In this document: in pieces, positions 38,450 through 51,616 of the stretch
Position numbering within the stretch: position 1 is the first letter of the stretch
Layout of the letters: each line of letters begins with the position of its first letter
Origin: Amoebophrya sp. A120
Taxonomy: Eukaryota; Protista; Dinoflagellata
Direction: 5' to 3'
NCBI GenBank assembly: GCA_905178155.1
Contig: CAJINV010000005.1
Coordinates: forward strand, 4,381,556-4,445,555
Length of the DNA stretch: 64,000 nucleotides
Program-made: the position numbers and the translations under genes
The notes under the pieces: model-generated
The model's database searches: none
What the model was told of the DNA's origin: nothing
The model's input: only the letters and a program-made list of their open reading frames with translations

Positions 38450-41400
38450 ATGAGAAGTACTTGGATTCCAGGGCGGTACTACGAGCGGGCCCCCACCTTC
38501 GTACGCGACCGGCCGCAGACATGGTAAGAGCTTGAGTTGTAATTTGGCGTTTTTTTTTGAGATCGAAACATACGACAGCATGAATTTTGAACGGCCATCG
38601 AGAACGTTATAAAGAAAAAGCAATCGAATCATAATCACACACAGTTTCATCGCCAGCGGTCGTTTTGTTTTGGCGGTAAATACCGAAAACGGAAAGATCA
38701 TCGACCGCTACGATGCCGGCGGCGAGGTGCTCGCACTGCAGGGGACGAAAAGCCATGTGGTGGTGTCTATTGGAGGGGCGACAGAGGAACTCGGTAGAGC
38801 GGTCACAGGCCGCCGAGGACAGAATGCGCTAATTTTGCTAAAGCCAGGCACGCACATCCTGCGTACCGTTACCGGCACAGGAGCCGCACAGGATTCATGC
38901 AGCACAAAAGGGCCCGCGCTTGTGAGGTACGATGTTGCAGAGGGGGAAAGCGTTTGCAAACTGAGCTACCGGGAGGCAACGGGAGAGGTGCTCGGAGTAC
39001 TGTGCAAAGAAAACAAACTGAAAAGAACGACGTACCGTGTGGTTGCCTTTGCCGAGGACACGCTTCAGCCGAACGTGGTGCCGAGCTTTCCAGAATTTCC
39101 CAGCTTTTCGTCGAGCAATCCCAGCGCAAATGCTTCGTCTGTGCTTTTCGCTGCAACGGAGACGCACTTGGCTGTTGTTTTGCCGGCGAGAAGCAGAACC
39201 GTGCTAGTCGCGAAAACCAACGACGAAGCTTGGGCTCCCTTCGTGCACAAGCGGTGCATCACGGCGTTGAGCCTGGATCCGAACAGCCGGCATTTGGCGG
39301 TTGGCGACAGCCGTGGTATGGTGTACACCTGCTTCGCACCGTTCTTAACACCGACGCTCACGCCCACCGCCTCGAGTTCGAAAAAGCTGAAGACACCACA
39401 GTACCACGAGAAGAAGGTCGGACAATCCTCGGCAGTAAAGACTGCAGACAAACAAAACCAAAAGCAAAACACCACCGAGAAAACAAATACTGACGAGCAT
39501 GTTTTCTCAGACGAGGGCCTCTCCGACGAATCGGACTGCGAAGATGAACAGTTGCTTGTACAGCAACCCGACACCGCGCCGCTCCTGTTGCCGCAAGCCA
39601 ATTTGACGGAAAACGCGGGGCTGCACCACTGGCATGCGCGGGAGGTCACCGCGCTCGGGCATTTAGGGGAAAGCGAAATCTTCTCGGGTTCCTTCGAGTC
39701 GGTATTGGTTTTGCGAAATTTGGAGACGGACACGAAGAAGTTTTTCCCGCGTTTGGGAGGCGGACCCATCGTGCACCTGCAAGTCAGCCCGGACTTTCGG
39801 AAAATGGCCGTGGCCATGAGCGATAATACCCTCGCCTTCGTCGACCTGCATGAGGCGAACAAGGTATAGCATGAACAGCAATACAAACACCACCATAAGT
39901 GGAGCCTATGCATGACAAGTTGTGTGCCGAATGCAGTACTTACTTACTACGCCGAGATACTTTTACTTAAATTAGATTCAAGAGTTTTTTGCTCGAGTTC
40001 ATTTGGTTTTCTCTAATGACGCAGTCGTCCTTCCCGAAAAAATCATCGTGCGGTGAGGCTTGAATAAACGAATTCAAATTTTATATCGTTCCGATCCTGC
40101 TGCAGCGATTGGAAAAAGTAAGAATCCATGGGGTACCACTGTCAACCAGCAAATGCACATACAACAGGTTGCGCGTCTCCGGGGTTTGCTCACGCCGCAC
40201 GAAGTGGACGAGCAAGCGGCAGACGTCTGCGAGAACAACCGAATTCAGTTACAGAACCTTCCGAACGGGGATCTGGCGATCCACAGCGGCAGGGGTTGCG
40301 TCCAGTTCTTCGGCCATGATAGTAACGCGCTCAAGAACAACGCTTCAGTCGATACTGCAGCAGGGAGAATGCGATTGGCCGGAAGATATTCGAAAAGAAC
40401 GCAGGAAGATGCGGCGGCCGAACAAAAGTTGTGCGGCCTGGAGGCGATTCACCCCTACCATTCCCTAGCGGTGCAGGCGCGGAATGGTGCGACCGCTGTT
40501 CAGTCGTTGTTAGAGGAGGCGCAGAACAAGGAGGACAGCGGCCGCGGGATGTACTACTGGAAGAAGTTTGGCGCGCAGGGCGCAAACGCCAACAGTGCCT
40601 TGAACCACCTGGAGCAACCGTGGCGCGTGACGCACTTTGCGCACTTTGAAGCCGCAAGCTTCGATGTGAACTTATCCGGCGACGCGACCACTACGGCGGG
40701 TAGCAAAGGCGGGGAACAAAAAGACAGCACGCAGAACAAGAACCAGGTTCTTCACCACTCCCGTACTTCTACAGCTGCGAAAACATTAACCTTGTGGCTG
40801 GTGACCGTGGAGCAACGACCGGCCGGGGCGGTCTCCAAGGAGCAACTGGACGTGGTACCCGGCGCGTTGCTGAAGTTTTGGAAGCAGGAGAAGGGTAGTT
40901 GGGTGTTGGACACTTCCGTGTACGATGCGCACTGGAAGCCAGTGACTGGCCTCTTGGCCTACAGTGGAGACTACAACTGCGCGGCACTTTCTTACCCTAC
41001 CGCAGGAGCTGCCAGTCACGGAAACAACATCCAGGAACAAGCTGGACTACCGCAGGAGGCGAGCAGAAAAAAGAACAAGACCGCCAGCGCGTCGTTTGCG
41101 TCGAATTCGTTTGTCATCACCACGTCGGAGGACGGCACCGTGAAGAAGTGGCAGTACGAGCGGACGACCGTGAACGGAAACAGCAACACCCGCGTCTGGC
41201 AAGCCACCCAGGTGGGGAAGTGGAAAGAGGAGGAAAAGATTGATTGTGCCGCCCTAACGGTCCAGGACGGTTCCTCGCTCGCTTTTTCCTCCGAGGAATC
41301 TATTGTCCTCTGGAGCGCAGATACGTTCACGCAACTGGGCGAAGTAATGACACAGAAGGGGCCGGCGCTCCTAAGGAGCAACAATAAAGCTCCTGCGGGT

Positions 41401-42735
41401 CGTGAGGATGCAGGTGCGAGCAAGATGCCAAACGCAAAGGAGGAAGGAGGTCAGTGGAAGATCAAAAACTCTACTTCTCCGCCCCCAAACTACAAGATCT
41501 TGCAGCTGGAATTCGCCGTCCTGAATAGCGAGCTTTTTGCTTTGCTTGCTTTGGGCTTTCGGAAGCTAAACGTTTGGGATCTTCGAGCGCAGCGAATCGT
41601 TCACCAAATCCCAGACGTGTTCTCCGATCATTTCGCCTGGAATCCAAACACCCTGCAGCTGGCGTTGCCAAATGTGTTCGGTGGTCAGGGAGCCGAGTCG
41701 GCGGAAGTCAAGGTATTGATTCCTTTTCAATAAATTGCTGAAATTCAAAAGGCTCTTCTTGGCATCTTCTTCCAAATGGAATGCGACGATGAATCTTCTT
41801 TCCTATCACGATGCACTCGCACTATTTGAATCAGTTACCACCTGTAGGATGCATGCCCCTCGAAGTGTGAGCCCACGTTTTTAGCTTGTGGATACCGACA
41901 CTTAGAGACGTGACGAGCATTTTTGCCATTTTTCATTCATATTCATCAGATCTACGTTCCCGCGCCGTCGGCAACGGGAAGCAATGGCGTCGAGGTCTTA
42001 GAACTTTCCGAGTCCGTGGGAACACAAGACAAGGAGGAAGTCGTGCAAGTGTGGTTTGAGAAGGCGGAAGACCGGCTTCTGGTCTGGAATCTGAACAAAC
42101 AACAACTCGTTGCGGTGGAAACTAACTTCTCAAGTAGTAGTTCGACGGCTAACAAACTTTTTGCTGTCAACGACGGAGTACATAGTGTTTTGGAACAACA
42201 AGAAGGTGGAATTCGTGACGACGCTGAAGCAAGCCAACCAGTGAAGGGGATGCATTTTTCCAGACTCTTTGCACAGTCGACGTCTGGGCAAGCGTCATCG
42301 GGTGATGCCAGCGCTACATTGCCGAAAGACGAAGTTCGACGGCAACAGATGCTACGAGAGGCCGTGGGCGCAGTTGCGTCTTCTTGGAGCAACGGCGGAG
42401 GAGCTGCTCCGTACCTAGCCACCAATAAGCACTTAATCGAGAGGGTCGTGGATCCGCATACCGCGAGTCACGTGCTGCCAAAGCCACAGCACCTGCTGCA
42501 GAGGTTCCTTCACTTGACTCTGTATAGCAACGCCAAAAGTCATAATAGCGGTCCGTTGTCGGGAAAAATAAGAATGGAAGCAGCAGAGGACATAGCGACA
42601 GAACGACCTTACGCGGCAGCCCCTGCAATAGCGATGGGTGGTCTACTACCGGAGGAGACGATGGGTAGCGCGTCCCGGGAAATCAACTCTCTTCCGTGTG
42701 AAACTGCCGACTTCTTCGCAAAATTGAAGATTTAA
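38450..42735 (+). CDS. WD40-repeat protein, WDR75/UTP17-like (SSU processome)
   Basis: LHHWHAREVTAL...SGSFESVLVLRNLETDTKKFFPRLGG-PIVHLQVSPD and TTSEDGTVKKW; GT-AG introns 38524-38644, 39864-40167, 41713-41949. Confidence 0.75.
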
Positions 42736-43195
42736 TGCATTGTCAGTACAACATCATCATCAGCGTGAAGATGGACCACGAACACGATCCACACACTTGT
42801 GATTTTCGGACGCGCATCGTAAGAAAGTATTTGAATTTGTCACATGTTGCTCGTCAAGTAGCAGCCAATTCAGGTGCTGGCTTCCCGACCTGCCGCCTCC
42901 GTGCGCCAGTAGTTTCACCAGTGTTCTTAGATGTGTCCTCATTGAGAGCGCAGTCGTACTGTCCATTTTTTTGTACATGGTAGGTGGGGGCAGGTTGAGG
43001 TTCTTCCAGAAGATAGAATAATGAATCGAGAGGAGGAGGCTTACTGAGCGACAAATGCTTCTCGTTTGATCATGTAGCATATGCTTTATTTTTACACGCG
43101 CGTCTGGGTCTGCTGACACCTCTTGCTTATCTGATAGGATCGATGTAAATTCTTAGAAGAGGTTTCGCTATCTTCATCGGCCGAGGCCAGAGTGT

Positions 43196-44569
43196 ATGGC
43201 GGCGGCTTGTTCTACCTCCAGAAGTCTGAGACCACCGCGCTTTCTGGCACGGAAAGCCGCATCTACTGTTCAGCGAGCCGCGCGCGCTTCGTTGGCGACT
43301 CCGGATGATGTCGGTCATGACTCTAGTACTTCCAAATCCAAAAATCTGCGAGGATTTTTCGCATCTCGCCCACATCGCACGGTCTTTCATGTCGCGCATC
43401 AATCGGAGAGATTGTTTCTCTTCGCCTACCACGGAAACGCTCGAGCTTTCTCCACCGCGTCGGCAGGGACGACAGAGAGTGGTTCTAGCTTTCAAGCAAA
43501 CAGGAAAAGTGCAGCGCGACTGCGCACGTACTACGATGTCTTGGAAATTGAGGATCGACAGTGCGACAAGGCCACGATCAAACGGCAATTTCGGAAATTG
43601 GCGAAGCAATACCACCCAGATAAGCAGAACGCGGAGGCGGGGGCCGCCGGCGCAGGAGCGCACGTGCAAAACGTAAACTTGGAGGAGAAGTTCCGGGAGA
43701 TACGGGAGGCGTACGAGATTCTGGGAAACAAGTGGAAGCGCGGCCTGTACGACACAGACCTGCGCAACGCCCAGGCGGTAGCCACCGAGGTCGAGGAGGA
43801 GTCGTGGACGCGGCACTGGGACAACGAGAGTCTGCAGGACCGGGAGAAGCGGCGCGAGCGGTACCGGCGCTATGCGCGCGGCGACCGGAACGACTGTCCG
43901 CCGGCGGTGCATAACGTGCCCCTGTGGGGTGCGTTGCTCGGTGGCTCTATCATCTCCTTTTCCGTGTGGCAGATGTGCGTGATGACGCCTGAGGTGGACG
44001 GGTTTCGGGCGGAGGAGACCTTCTCAGATTCCGAAATGGACATGAGTCGGAGTTCTTTGGTGTTTGCCTTCTACAACCCGGTCGAGGAGACCTGGGAGCG
44101 CGTGCTCGACCCACATGGACGGGAAATTCTGCCGCGCGTGCACTTCCTGCAGGACCGAGTGGCAAAGCCAAAGGGCGTTTCATCTGCAGGCAAGGCAATA
44201 AATGGACGAGACCAAGAAGAACAGATTGAGCCATGTAGCACAGCAGCCGCATCTACTTCCGTTGCAGTAGAATCTTTATCTTCGCCGAAACCGGAGGAGA
44301 ACATTCTACCATCGGCCGAGCCACCTTTTGTGACGACGGCAAGTGAATTGTCGCGGATGCCTTCCTACGTACCGCCCCCGAAAGCGCTGTATGCGCTGTA
44401 CCCAAAAGTGAAGGTGCAGAAGGCGTGGCCAGAAGTGGAATTGCCGGTGGTGCTGCTGCCGCGGTGCCGGGTACGGTACTGGCCGCGGGTGCGGTTTCAG
44501 ATCTTCGAAGATCAGGCTGACGGCCGACTCGGGACTCCCGGGCCCAAGTGCGGTTGGGTGCGGGTATAG
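43196..44569 (+). CDS. DnaJ (J-domain) protein with a probable mitochondrial presequence and one TM helix
   Basis: TYYDVLEI...IKRQFRKLAKQYHPDK...KFREIREAYEILG...YD; Arg/Ser/Ala-rich N-terminus. Confidence 0.88.
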   Translation: MAAACSTSRSLRPPRFLARKAASTVQRAARASLATPDDVGHDSSTSKSKNLRGFFASRPHRTVFHVAHQSERLFLFAYHGNARAFSTASAGTTESGSSFQANRKSAARLRTYYDVLEIEDRQCDKATIKRQFRKLAKQYHPDKQNAEAGAAGAGAHVQNVNLEEKFREIREAYEILGNKWKRGLYDTDLRNAQAVATEVEEESWTRHWDNESLQDREKRRERYRRYARGDRNDCPPAVHNVPLWGALLGGSIISFSVWQMCVMTPEVDGFRAEETFSDSEMDMSRSSLVFAFYNPVEETWERVLDPHGREILPRVHFLQDRVAKPKGVSSAGKAINGRDQEEQIEPCSTAAASTSVAVESLSSPKPEENILPSAEPPFVTTASELSRMPSYVPPPKALYALYPKVKVQKAWPEVELPVVLLPRCRVRYWPRVRFQIFEDQADGRLGTPGPKCGWVRV

Positions 44570-45216
44570 TCAAATACTGCAAGAACGGAGAATGTTACCA
44601 TATCCAAGTAGATTCGCTCCTTCGTAACGCTCTAGATTCGATAACTACACCAGATGACACAGTGACAGTGTTGTATTGAGTAAGTGGTTGTTGATGTTCA
44701 TGGGCCCACCTCGGTTTTGTCACTTCCGTTTCGGATGCAGGAGCGTCGGTTATCTCTTTGCACAGCCATAACTACTGGCGATAACGTCTGCGTCGGCAAG
44801 AACAAAGGAGTTTTGACCACACAAGCGTCTGCTTCTTGACTCTCGGTTTGTGAAAATGAATTCGTGGCTTGGACAGTCGGTTGCGTTTTGATATTGCGAT
44901 TGCGAGGTAGCGTAGTATCGGTTGCCCCCAAGTGACCCACATCGGAACAAACAAGGGCACTTGGAAGTTGCGTTTCAGTTTAGTGAGAAGGAAATCTTCC
45001 ATTCTTGCGTTAGCAGCCATGAAGATACTGTACTTTTTTAATTTTATCGTGACAGCGGAAGTAAATTCATTTATATGAAGTCGACGTAGTATTATCACCG
45101 CGATTTCCTTTCATCTCCATGACGTGTAATATGACCCACTCTATTTTCCCCTGCGAAGCATTATTTTCTATCACGCTTTGGTATAGAAATTTTGGACTTT
45201 AACAATTCCGAAAAAT

Positions 45217-46238
45217 ATGTCTGGCTCTACGAACCCTCTGATAGCAGCGGACTGGATTCCCTGCAGACGCGACGAATGGCGGCTGAACAGCCTTCGGGTG
45301 CAAGAGTATGAGCATCTTGTGCGCGCACGCGATCCACAAAACGGGCTTCGCTTTTCCTACGCGGAAGGGGACGTCGGGAGTACTGCTGCGGAGAACAAAT
45401 CGAATCCGAAACACTGGCGGTGCCAGTGCCAGGGAATCGTGGGAGAGATGACGATAGAGATGGAAAACGTTGAAGTTTTCTTCATCAGCGGAGACAAGAC
45501 GTGCTTCTTTCGAGGTGACTTGCGGGCGGAGTTCTTGGATCCCGAGAACATGGCGACTGCTGCACGCGTCGACAGCCTCACACACGGCGTCTACCGCGGG
45601 CCGGTGGATCTGTGTGTTTTCGAAGCCGAACTGGGAGAGGCGGAACCTCCGGGCCGCGAAGAGGACACGCAAGATGTAGTTAAAACCGCTGTGTTTCTCC
45701 GCGTAAGCAGTGCGACGAGCGGGCTCTTGGAGTACTGGACCACTGCAACGCCTGCGCGTCTGAACATTACGCATCTCATATCCTATGTAAAAACGTCCCC
45801 ACCCCAGAGTCAAGATGGAGATTTTGCAACACAAACCTTGAAGTTTTGGGAATCACGCATGACAAATTGCAGGCTGTAGTGTAGTGCAGTTTATTAAGGG
45901 AAGCCGCATAACAAATCGATCTCTTTATGCTGTTTACAGCATTACAAGTTCCAAAACACGATTGATAATGCCCCTCATGGGATCGCGCGTTACAAACGCT
46001 CTTGTGCTTGCAGATCTGCATCACAACTCTGGGGTGGGGACGTTTTTACTCAGGATATCTCAACACGTACCCGCACAGCAGAGCAGCTGAACAGCAAAAA
46101 TCTTTCGACGGATTATTGTCCTCTTCTCCGCCCGGCGCGGGGGCTGGGTCACGAGCGTGGTACCGGGTCGAGAACAAGAAAGTGCTCCGCACCAAATTAT
46201 ATCGTCGGAGCACAGCCGCTGGCTACAATTATACGTGA
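45217..46238 (+). CDS. Hypothetical protein
   Basis: GC-rich frame; ITHL|NTYPHSR join after removing the family B element; stop at 46236-46238. Confidence 0.6.
45779..46057. mobile_element. TIR introner-like element, family B (279 bp), TSD TCTCA
   Basis: TATCCTATGTAAAAACGTCCCCACCCCAGAGT...ACTCTGGGGTGGGGACGTTTTTACTCAGGATA; TCTCA at 45774-45778 and 46058-46062; inverted relative to 4598-4879. Confidence 0.94.
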
Positions 46239-46555
46239 GGAACCGTGCCGCTGAGAAGATAAGGCTGGAGTTGTAAAATAACTACCGACTTCAAGCAAGA
46301 CCAAGAGCTAAAAGATGAAACGTCTAGAGATTGATGTTTGTACGTACTTATCCACTCCTTGCAGCTCGTAGTTGTTAAGATCACGAAGACCGCCGTGCGG
46401 GCGAGAAAGAATTGAACGTCGCCCAAAAATAGATATCGAAATCCTTGTTGTATGTAAAAGTACTTTTTCGACACGAAAAAAACCTCGCATCACGGAAGGA
46501 CGAATGTGAGAAATCTTTGTCAAAACTAGTGAGGCATCTAGTTGTTCGTTGCGAG

Positions 46556-46752
46556 GATCATGGTCTTACCGGCGAGAAGAGATCAGACTTTCAAGTTACT
46601 CCCTAATGCTACGATCACGATTTGTTTTGCACTGGAGATCTTTAGTTTTTTGTGATCGAGCTGCGGCAGCGTTTTCTTTGCGGATCCAGTTTTTTTTTGT
46701 GCGGTCTTGGTTGTTTTTTTTGCTAGATCGGCGCTTTATCTTGCACGGGATC
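46556..46752. promoter_or_regulatory. Intergenic GATC cluster upstream of the zinc-finger gene (function unknown)
   Basis: 8 GATC in 197 bp: 46556, 46581, 46613, 46637, 46654, 46683, 46726, 46749. Confidence 0.35.
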
Positions 46753-46992
46753 GTGAACGAAAATCAAAATGTCAGCGGACTTTTGAGTTGAATTTCACGA
46801 ATTCTCATTTTTCCAGCAAATTTTTTCACGTGCAAGTTATTTGTGTGACCAGTGTGCGAAGACAAAATCACTAGGAAGTTGGAGTCACAGCTTTGAACAA
46901 GACCAAGACCACCACTCTGCAGAGGCAGACGGCCTACCACTGGATCTGGTTGGTCCAAACGGCAACAGAGCGAGGTTTTCAACAGGGAAGAT

Positions 46993-49650
46993 ATGGTGAC
47001 GTTCAGGGTTCCACGTTTTGTGCGTCTCTGTGTTGCGGCACCAGCGCAATGGGCGGCACTGGACGTGCTCGGCGCCGGCATGCACGAGCAGCAGCCCCAG
47101 CGTCAAGGCTCGAAAAACCGGCGGCGTTGGGGGGACATGTATGGAGACGAAGAGCAGGACGAAGCTCAGGCGGTTGAGGAGTTATTGGCATACGAGAGCG
47201 GGTTTTCGCGCTCTCCCTCCGACGAGCCGGCCGAACCGGCTGCAGAACGTGCGTCAGAAGAAGATGATACTCGGTCGTCTAGGCTTGCGAGCGCACCAGC
47301 ACTGGAGCGCGTTGCAGAAGAAATACAGAAGCAGCTCGCGCCTTTCTCGGGAACTTCTCGCTGGTGCGGTGCCACGGAGACACCAAGCAGCTGCAGTTCA
47401 ACGAATCCCCGACCGCATATGGCAAGCTCGACAAGGGGCACCGCGACCGTGTCGCCCTGCAGCAGCCCCCGCAGCTCCGTCCCCGCTTCCTCCAGCCCCT
47501 CCGGGAGCATTCCTTCGCCGACGGTTGTAAATCTACTACGCGACGCCGTCAGCATGCCGGAGCAGGACGAGCTTTGGTTTGCGGAGGGTGCGACGGGAAA
47601 CGCTGCCCGTGGGGGAAATAAACTTTCGTTCCCGCATTCCAGCAGACAGGCACGATGGACAAGAGGACCGGGTCGCAGCTCCCCCGGATCTTTTTCGACT
47701 GTGTGCGGAGCAGAAGAAAGTTTGGCTTGCGTTTTTGCTGATGAACTGGAGAAGGCGTCGCCGAAGCGCACCAGTTTCCTGCGCACCTGTCAACGGAGTG
47801 GAGACGAGTTCGTTGCCGGATGCCTGTCACTCGAACGCACAAACTCGCGCTTTTTCGCAGCGCGCGAGAAGATGCAGGCCATCTACGAGGAGCTGGGACT
47901 CGCGCTCGATCACTTCAGAAGGCTGGAACAAAGGCAACCCGGCTTCCGGCCGGACAAAGCGACGGCGGACTTGCATCGCCGCGTGCGGCGCAGCCGAGGT
48001 CTGCTGCACGAAGTGCTTCACGGCAAGCGATTCCTGAACTACCAGGGGCGGATGTACAACGACAAAGGTCAACTACATTGCTGCGCGACAAAAGAAGATG
48101 CCGATGGTGGTTCGCAACAATCTTGGATGTTGGAGGAACAACGGCGCGACGAGGGCGTGCTTCAGCCCGAGGGGGGACGCGCCTCCTTGGGGAGTGTGCT
48201 GCACCCCCTGTCACTGTTGGTGCAGGAACTGCAAAATCATGATAAGCTCCGTCTTAGTGAACTTCAACAGCGTGAATTGCGGTCCGAACAACCCGAAGTG
48301 AGGGAGCGAGACGAGGAGCGCCAGGAGACCTACTACCCGGGGCATGAACCGGGAGGTGGCGACGAAGACGAACGTGCACCGGAGAGCGGATTCGAAATAA
48401 CGGCGACGCCAGGGGACAGTATTTCCCCCACGGGGGCGGTATCCACCCAAAACGACCGGGCTGCACGCTATTGTTCCGTTGAAGGACCAGAGCAAGACCG
48501 CCCGCAGGCCGGCCCCATGCAGAAGGATGTCGACGATAAGCTCGCGGAGTGGTGGCGCTGTCGATTTGATTTCGGATGCAAGCCTTGCATATTTCACCGG
48601 ACGAAAGGATGTGAGCAGGGAGCCGCCTGCATGTTTTGCCACACTTGCACTGCAGAAGACCAGCGGCACTTTTACAGGCTCAAGAAAACGGTCCGCCACA
48701 AGATCTCGATTCTGCAGCGCCAGCAGAGAATCGCGAAGATCGTGTCGGAGCCGAAAAAGGGCAAGAAGGCCGGCGGCGGAGGACCTACTGTGTCGACGAA
48801 GAACTCGTCCAACAGCACCGCCTCCAGGTTTGGACTGCTCTTGGGCAGCCACAGAGCCCCGGACTACACAGCCGCCGCGCAGCTGCACAACTACAGCGCT
48901 GGTCCGACAGGAAGTGGGACCGCAAAAAAGCTAGGGTCCAAGTCGAGTGAAAGGAATTCACATGATGTAATACCGTCCAGTGTTGCTTCCTCGTCGAAAG
49001 CTTCGCCGAGCACACCACCAGGATCGTTCGCTCCTCCCACGGCTTACCACTGCGGACCGGATTCTTGTGCGCTTGCCGGTGGCGGAGGCGCGACATTCGG
49101 GCAGCTGGTAGGCCAGGGCTGTGTTCTGGCTGAACCGCCATGCTGCTTTTACGTGTACCAACCGACAAATGTTGTGCAAGTTCCCTATGCCGGCCCCGCT
49201 CCCAGTACGACGCTGGGCCTGGCAGTCCCGCATCCGGCGGGAGGGTGCTTTGTGCAAAGCCATTGCCCGCCACATGCACAAGAACATCATGTTGACAGAA
49301 TGGATCAAAACAGTCAACACGTTAATAGCCAGGGGATTCTGAACACACCAGCGTCCGTTGTCACCATTGCTGAGAGTCCGGCAACTGGAAACCTGTCCCC
49401 GTGGCGCACAGCGCTCAACCGGGAAGCGCATCCTTTTCAACCCGCGACCCGCCAGCGCGTCGATTCTGCAGACAGCGACGAGGCACTGCGGCTCGTGGCG
49501 CAAGTAAGTGCAGTAAAGTATGCGAGGGAGGAGGTGCAATTTCCGTTGGACGCTGCAGAATGGCCCAAGCTGCCGTCACCCAAGGGGCGACCCATTTCTC
49601 TGCAGAACGCAACCGCCGAAAAGAAGAAAGCAAAGCCCGATCCAAGATGA
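46993..49650 (+). CDS. Low-complexity protein with a C3H1-type zinc finger
   Basis: 885-aa ORF containing CKPCIFHRTKGCEQGAACMFCH; also LNREAHPFQP (PAM2-like). Confidence 0.7.
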   Translation: MVTFRVPRFVRLCVAAPAQWAALDVLGAGMHEQQPQRQGSKNRRRWGDMYGDEEQDEAQAVEELLAYESGFSRSPSDEPAEPAAERASEEDDTRSSRLASAPALERVAEEIQKQLAPFSGTSRWCGATETPSSCSSTNPRPHMASSTRGTATVSPCSSPRSSVPASSSPSGSIPSPTVVNLLRDAVSMPEQDELWFAEGATGNAARGGNKLSFPHSSRQARWTRGPGRSSPGSFSTVCGAEESLACVFADELEKASPKRTSFLRTCQRSGDEFVAGCLSLERTNSRFFAAREKMQAIYEELGLALDHFRRLEQRQPGFRPDKATADLHRRVRRSRGLLHEVLHGKRFLNYQGRMYNDKGQLHCCATKEDADGGSQQSWMLEEQRRDEGVLQPEGGRASLGSVLHPLSLLVQELQNHDKLRLSELQQRELRSEQPEVRERDEERQETYYPGHEPGGGDEDERAPESGFEITATPGDSISPTGAVSTQNDRAARYCSVEGPEQDRPQAGPMQKDVDDKLAEWWRCRFDFGCKPCIFHRTKGCEQGAACMFCHTCTAEDQRHFYRLKKTVRHKISILQRQQRIAKIVSEPKKGKKAGGGGPTVSTKNSSNSTASRFGLLLGSHRAPDYTAAAQLHNYSAGPTGSGTAKKLGSKSSERNSHDVIPSSVASSSKASPSTPPGSFAPPTAYHCGPDSCALAGGGGATFGQLVGQGCVLAEPPCCFYVYQPTNVVQVPYAGPAPSTTLGLAVPHPAGGCFVQSHCPPHAQEHHVDRMDQNSQHVNSQGILNTPASVVTIAESPATGNLSPWRTALNREAHPFQPATRQRVDSADSDEALRLVAQVSAVKYAREEVQFPLDAAEWPKLPSPKGRPISLQNATAEKKKAKPDPR

Positions 49651-50508
49651 TGTTAGGGTCTTTGTTGAGCAAAGATGAACCAGTCAGCCGAAACGGAACT
49701 TTTTACAAAATAGGCTTTACATGATGTTTCACGATAGCAGCCACGGGTCGACGCAGAAAAAGAGGTTTGGTGTGCAAGAATTTTTTGCACTGCTGTGTGA
49801 TGCGTTGTACTGCACCAGTTTCCGCCACTGCACTAGTTTCTGGGACGAGACCGCGAAAATGTTTCTTTCGGGTGCGATTGCAGACACAAAAATATTGTCT
49901 TGGCACGACAAAAATGCACCTAAAATTGATAGTTCTTGAACAATTTAACTACTTACGTACTTCAGCAACGCGAAATGAAAGAAAGGCGGGTAAGATGAAT
50001 AACTTGCTGTACTTTGAATTGAGCTGCTGCTCTCGACGATGTTACATGCGCCTCTGCATCGGCCTGTATCGAGTATAAGTCGATGGATGGAATTTCAATT
50101 TTCTTGATTGGCGATGAAATTTTCTGAAAAACAAAGAGAATTTGCGATGAATTGACAGAAGAAATGCAGGACCTGGGATGTCAATCGGGACATCCAATTT
50201 CGATGGAGAAAAGGCATTAGAAAAGTGGCGACTTTAGTGCTTTTCGGATGCCCTTTCGCTTTTTATTCCTAGCAGAATAAAGATCAGGTTTTAGGATGAA
50301 ATTGGAAGTAGTTCTTGTTCGGCCAGGCCATCGGTCTTTTAGCGTTTGCCTATGGTGCCGCTCGGTCTGATCCACCTTGGTTTGTGGAACGATGTTGCGT
50401 CGAACTCTAAAAGTTCGCAGTGAACCCGAAAAAGAGGCTTGACATCGCAACTGTCCTTATCTTCTGGAAAATTGGAACTTCAACTGGAGCCGGTACAAGC
50501 GAAGTATA

Positions 50509-51616
50509 ATGGCCTTAGTCCGCGTTACACCCCCTCGTCGGGGATGGATGTGCTCTACAAAGCACATCACCTTGGGTGCGCAGTCGCGGGGGCAGAAGGT
50601 GTGGTTCCGCAAATTCTTCGCGAATCACAAGCAGTGGTTCCGCATGAAGTGGCATCTGAACGACCTGATTCTAAAGCAGCGGCTGCATTTGACCTTGCCC
50701 TGGGCCAAGGAATTGCAACAGTATGCGGAAGACATGATGTATTGTGCGAAGAAAAACACCCCCCACTACAACGGGCTTGTCGAATCCATGCTAGTGTCCA
50801 GCGCAGCAAGACAAATACTGTATCGCCATAAGCTCCTGTCTTACATCGACGTACTACTATAGTTTGATTGAGGTTTTTCGCGTTAGCTGAATAAAAAGTT
50901 TCGCGCGCAAGGGTACGGAAATCAGGATCACAGTACTGTCATCAAAATGATGAATTCATACCGGAGTGACGCAACTACTGAAAGAAATCATCCTGAAAAA
51001 TCGCGCAACTACAAGGTATGAACAGCTGGTACCACGGTACAAGGATCGGCCTTTTTTTTTCACGCGACTTGTGAACAAATGGCAAACGCGCGAAAGGGAC
51101 GGGGCGCCCATGGGCTTTTTAGAGTTTGTCGACCGGCCCGGGGAGTACAAGCCTGCGCGTCCGGTAGGCGAGGAGCGAATGCGGTATATCGAGCACCAGC
51201 TCGAGCACGGGACCAGGCGGGAAAGGCGGATTTTTGCACGGAAAGCGCTGCGCACGCCTGACTTTTTCAACAGAAAAAGAAGTGAGACTGTGGAGCTTGG
51301 TTCGCGCGAAGAAGAGGACGGCGCCATTGGGGCAGCAAGCCACCACCTGCTGGATGCTGCAAATAAATCCGGTGGCGCCGCGGTGAGAGCAAGGACGCAG
51401 CTACTTCGTGAAAGTCTTGGCGAGGACCAGCTGCTGCTCCCTAGAAGCCTCCTGCAAAATTTGAATCGGCGGTCAAGAAGAAGGAGGAAAAGTGGCGACG
51501 GTGCGATCATAGGTGGAGAGACTGAAGCGGGCCGCTCGAGTTATTCGCTTCCGACAGTGCTACCAACTCAGACTACGACGCATCCTGATGTAACAGCAGC
51601 GCCAGCGATGCCATAA
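50509..51616 (+). CDS. Mitochondrial ribosomal protein L17 (bL17m)-like
   Basis: LILKQRLHLTLPWAKELQQYAE...LYEQLVPRYKDRPFFFTRL...RDGAPMGFLEFVD; GT-AG intron 50820-51015. Confidence 0.8.

Noticed and set aside
39065-39913. Long minus-strand ORFs (also 8712-9404, 17744-18493, 43127-43912, 56596-57315)
   Set aside because: Antisense shadows of GC-rich plus-strand CDSs with no recognisable domains
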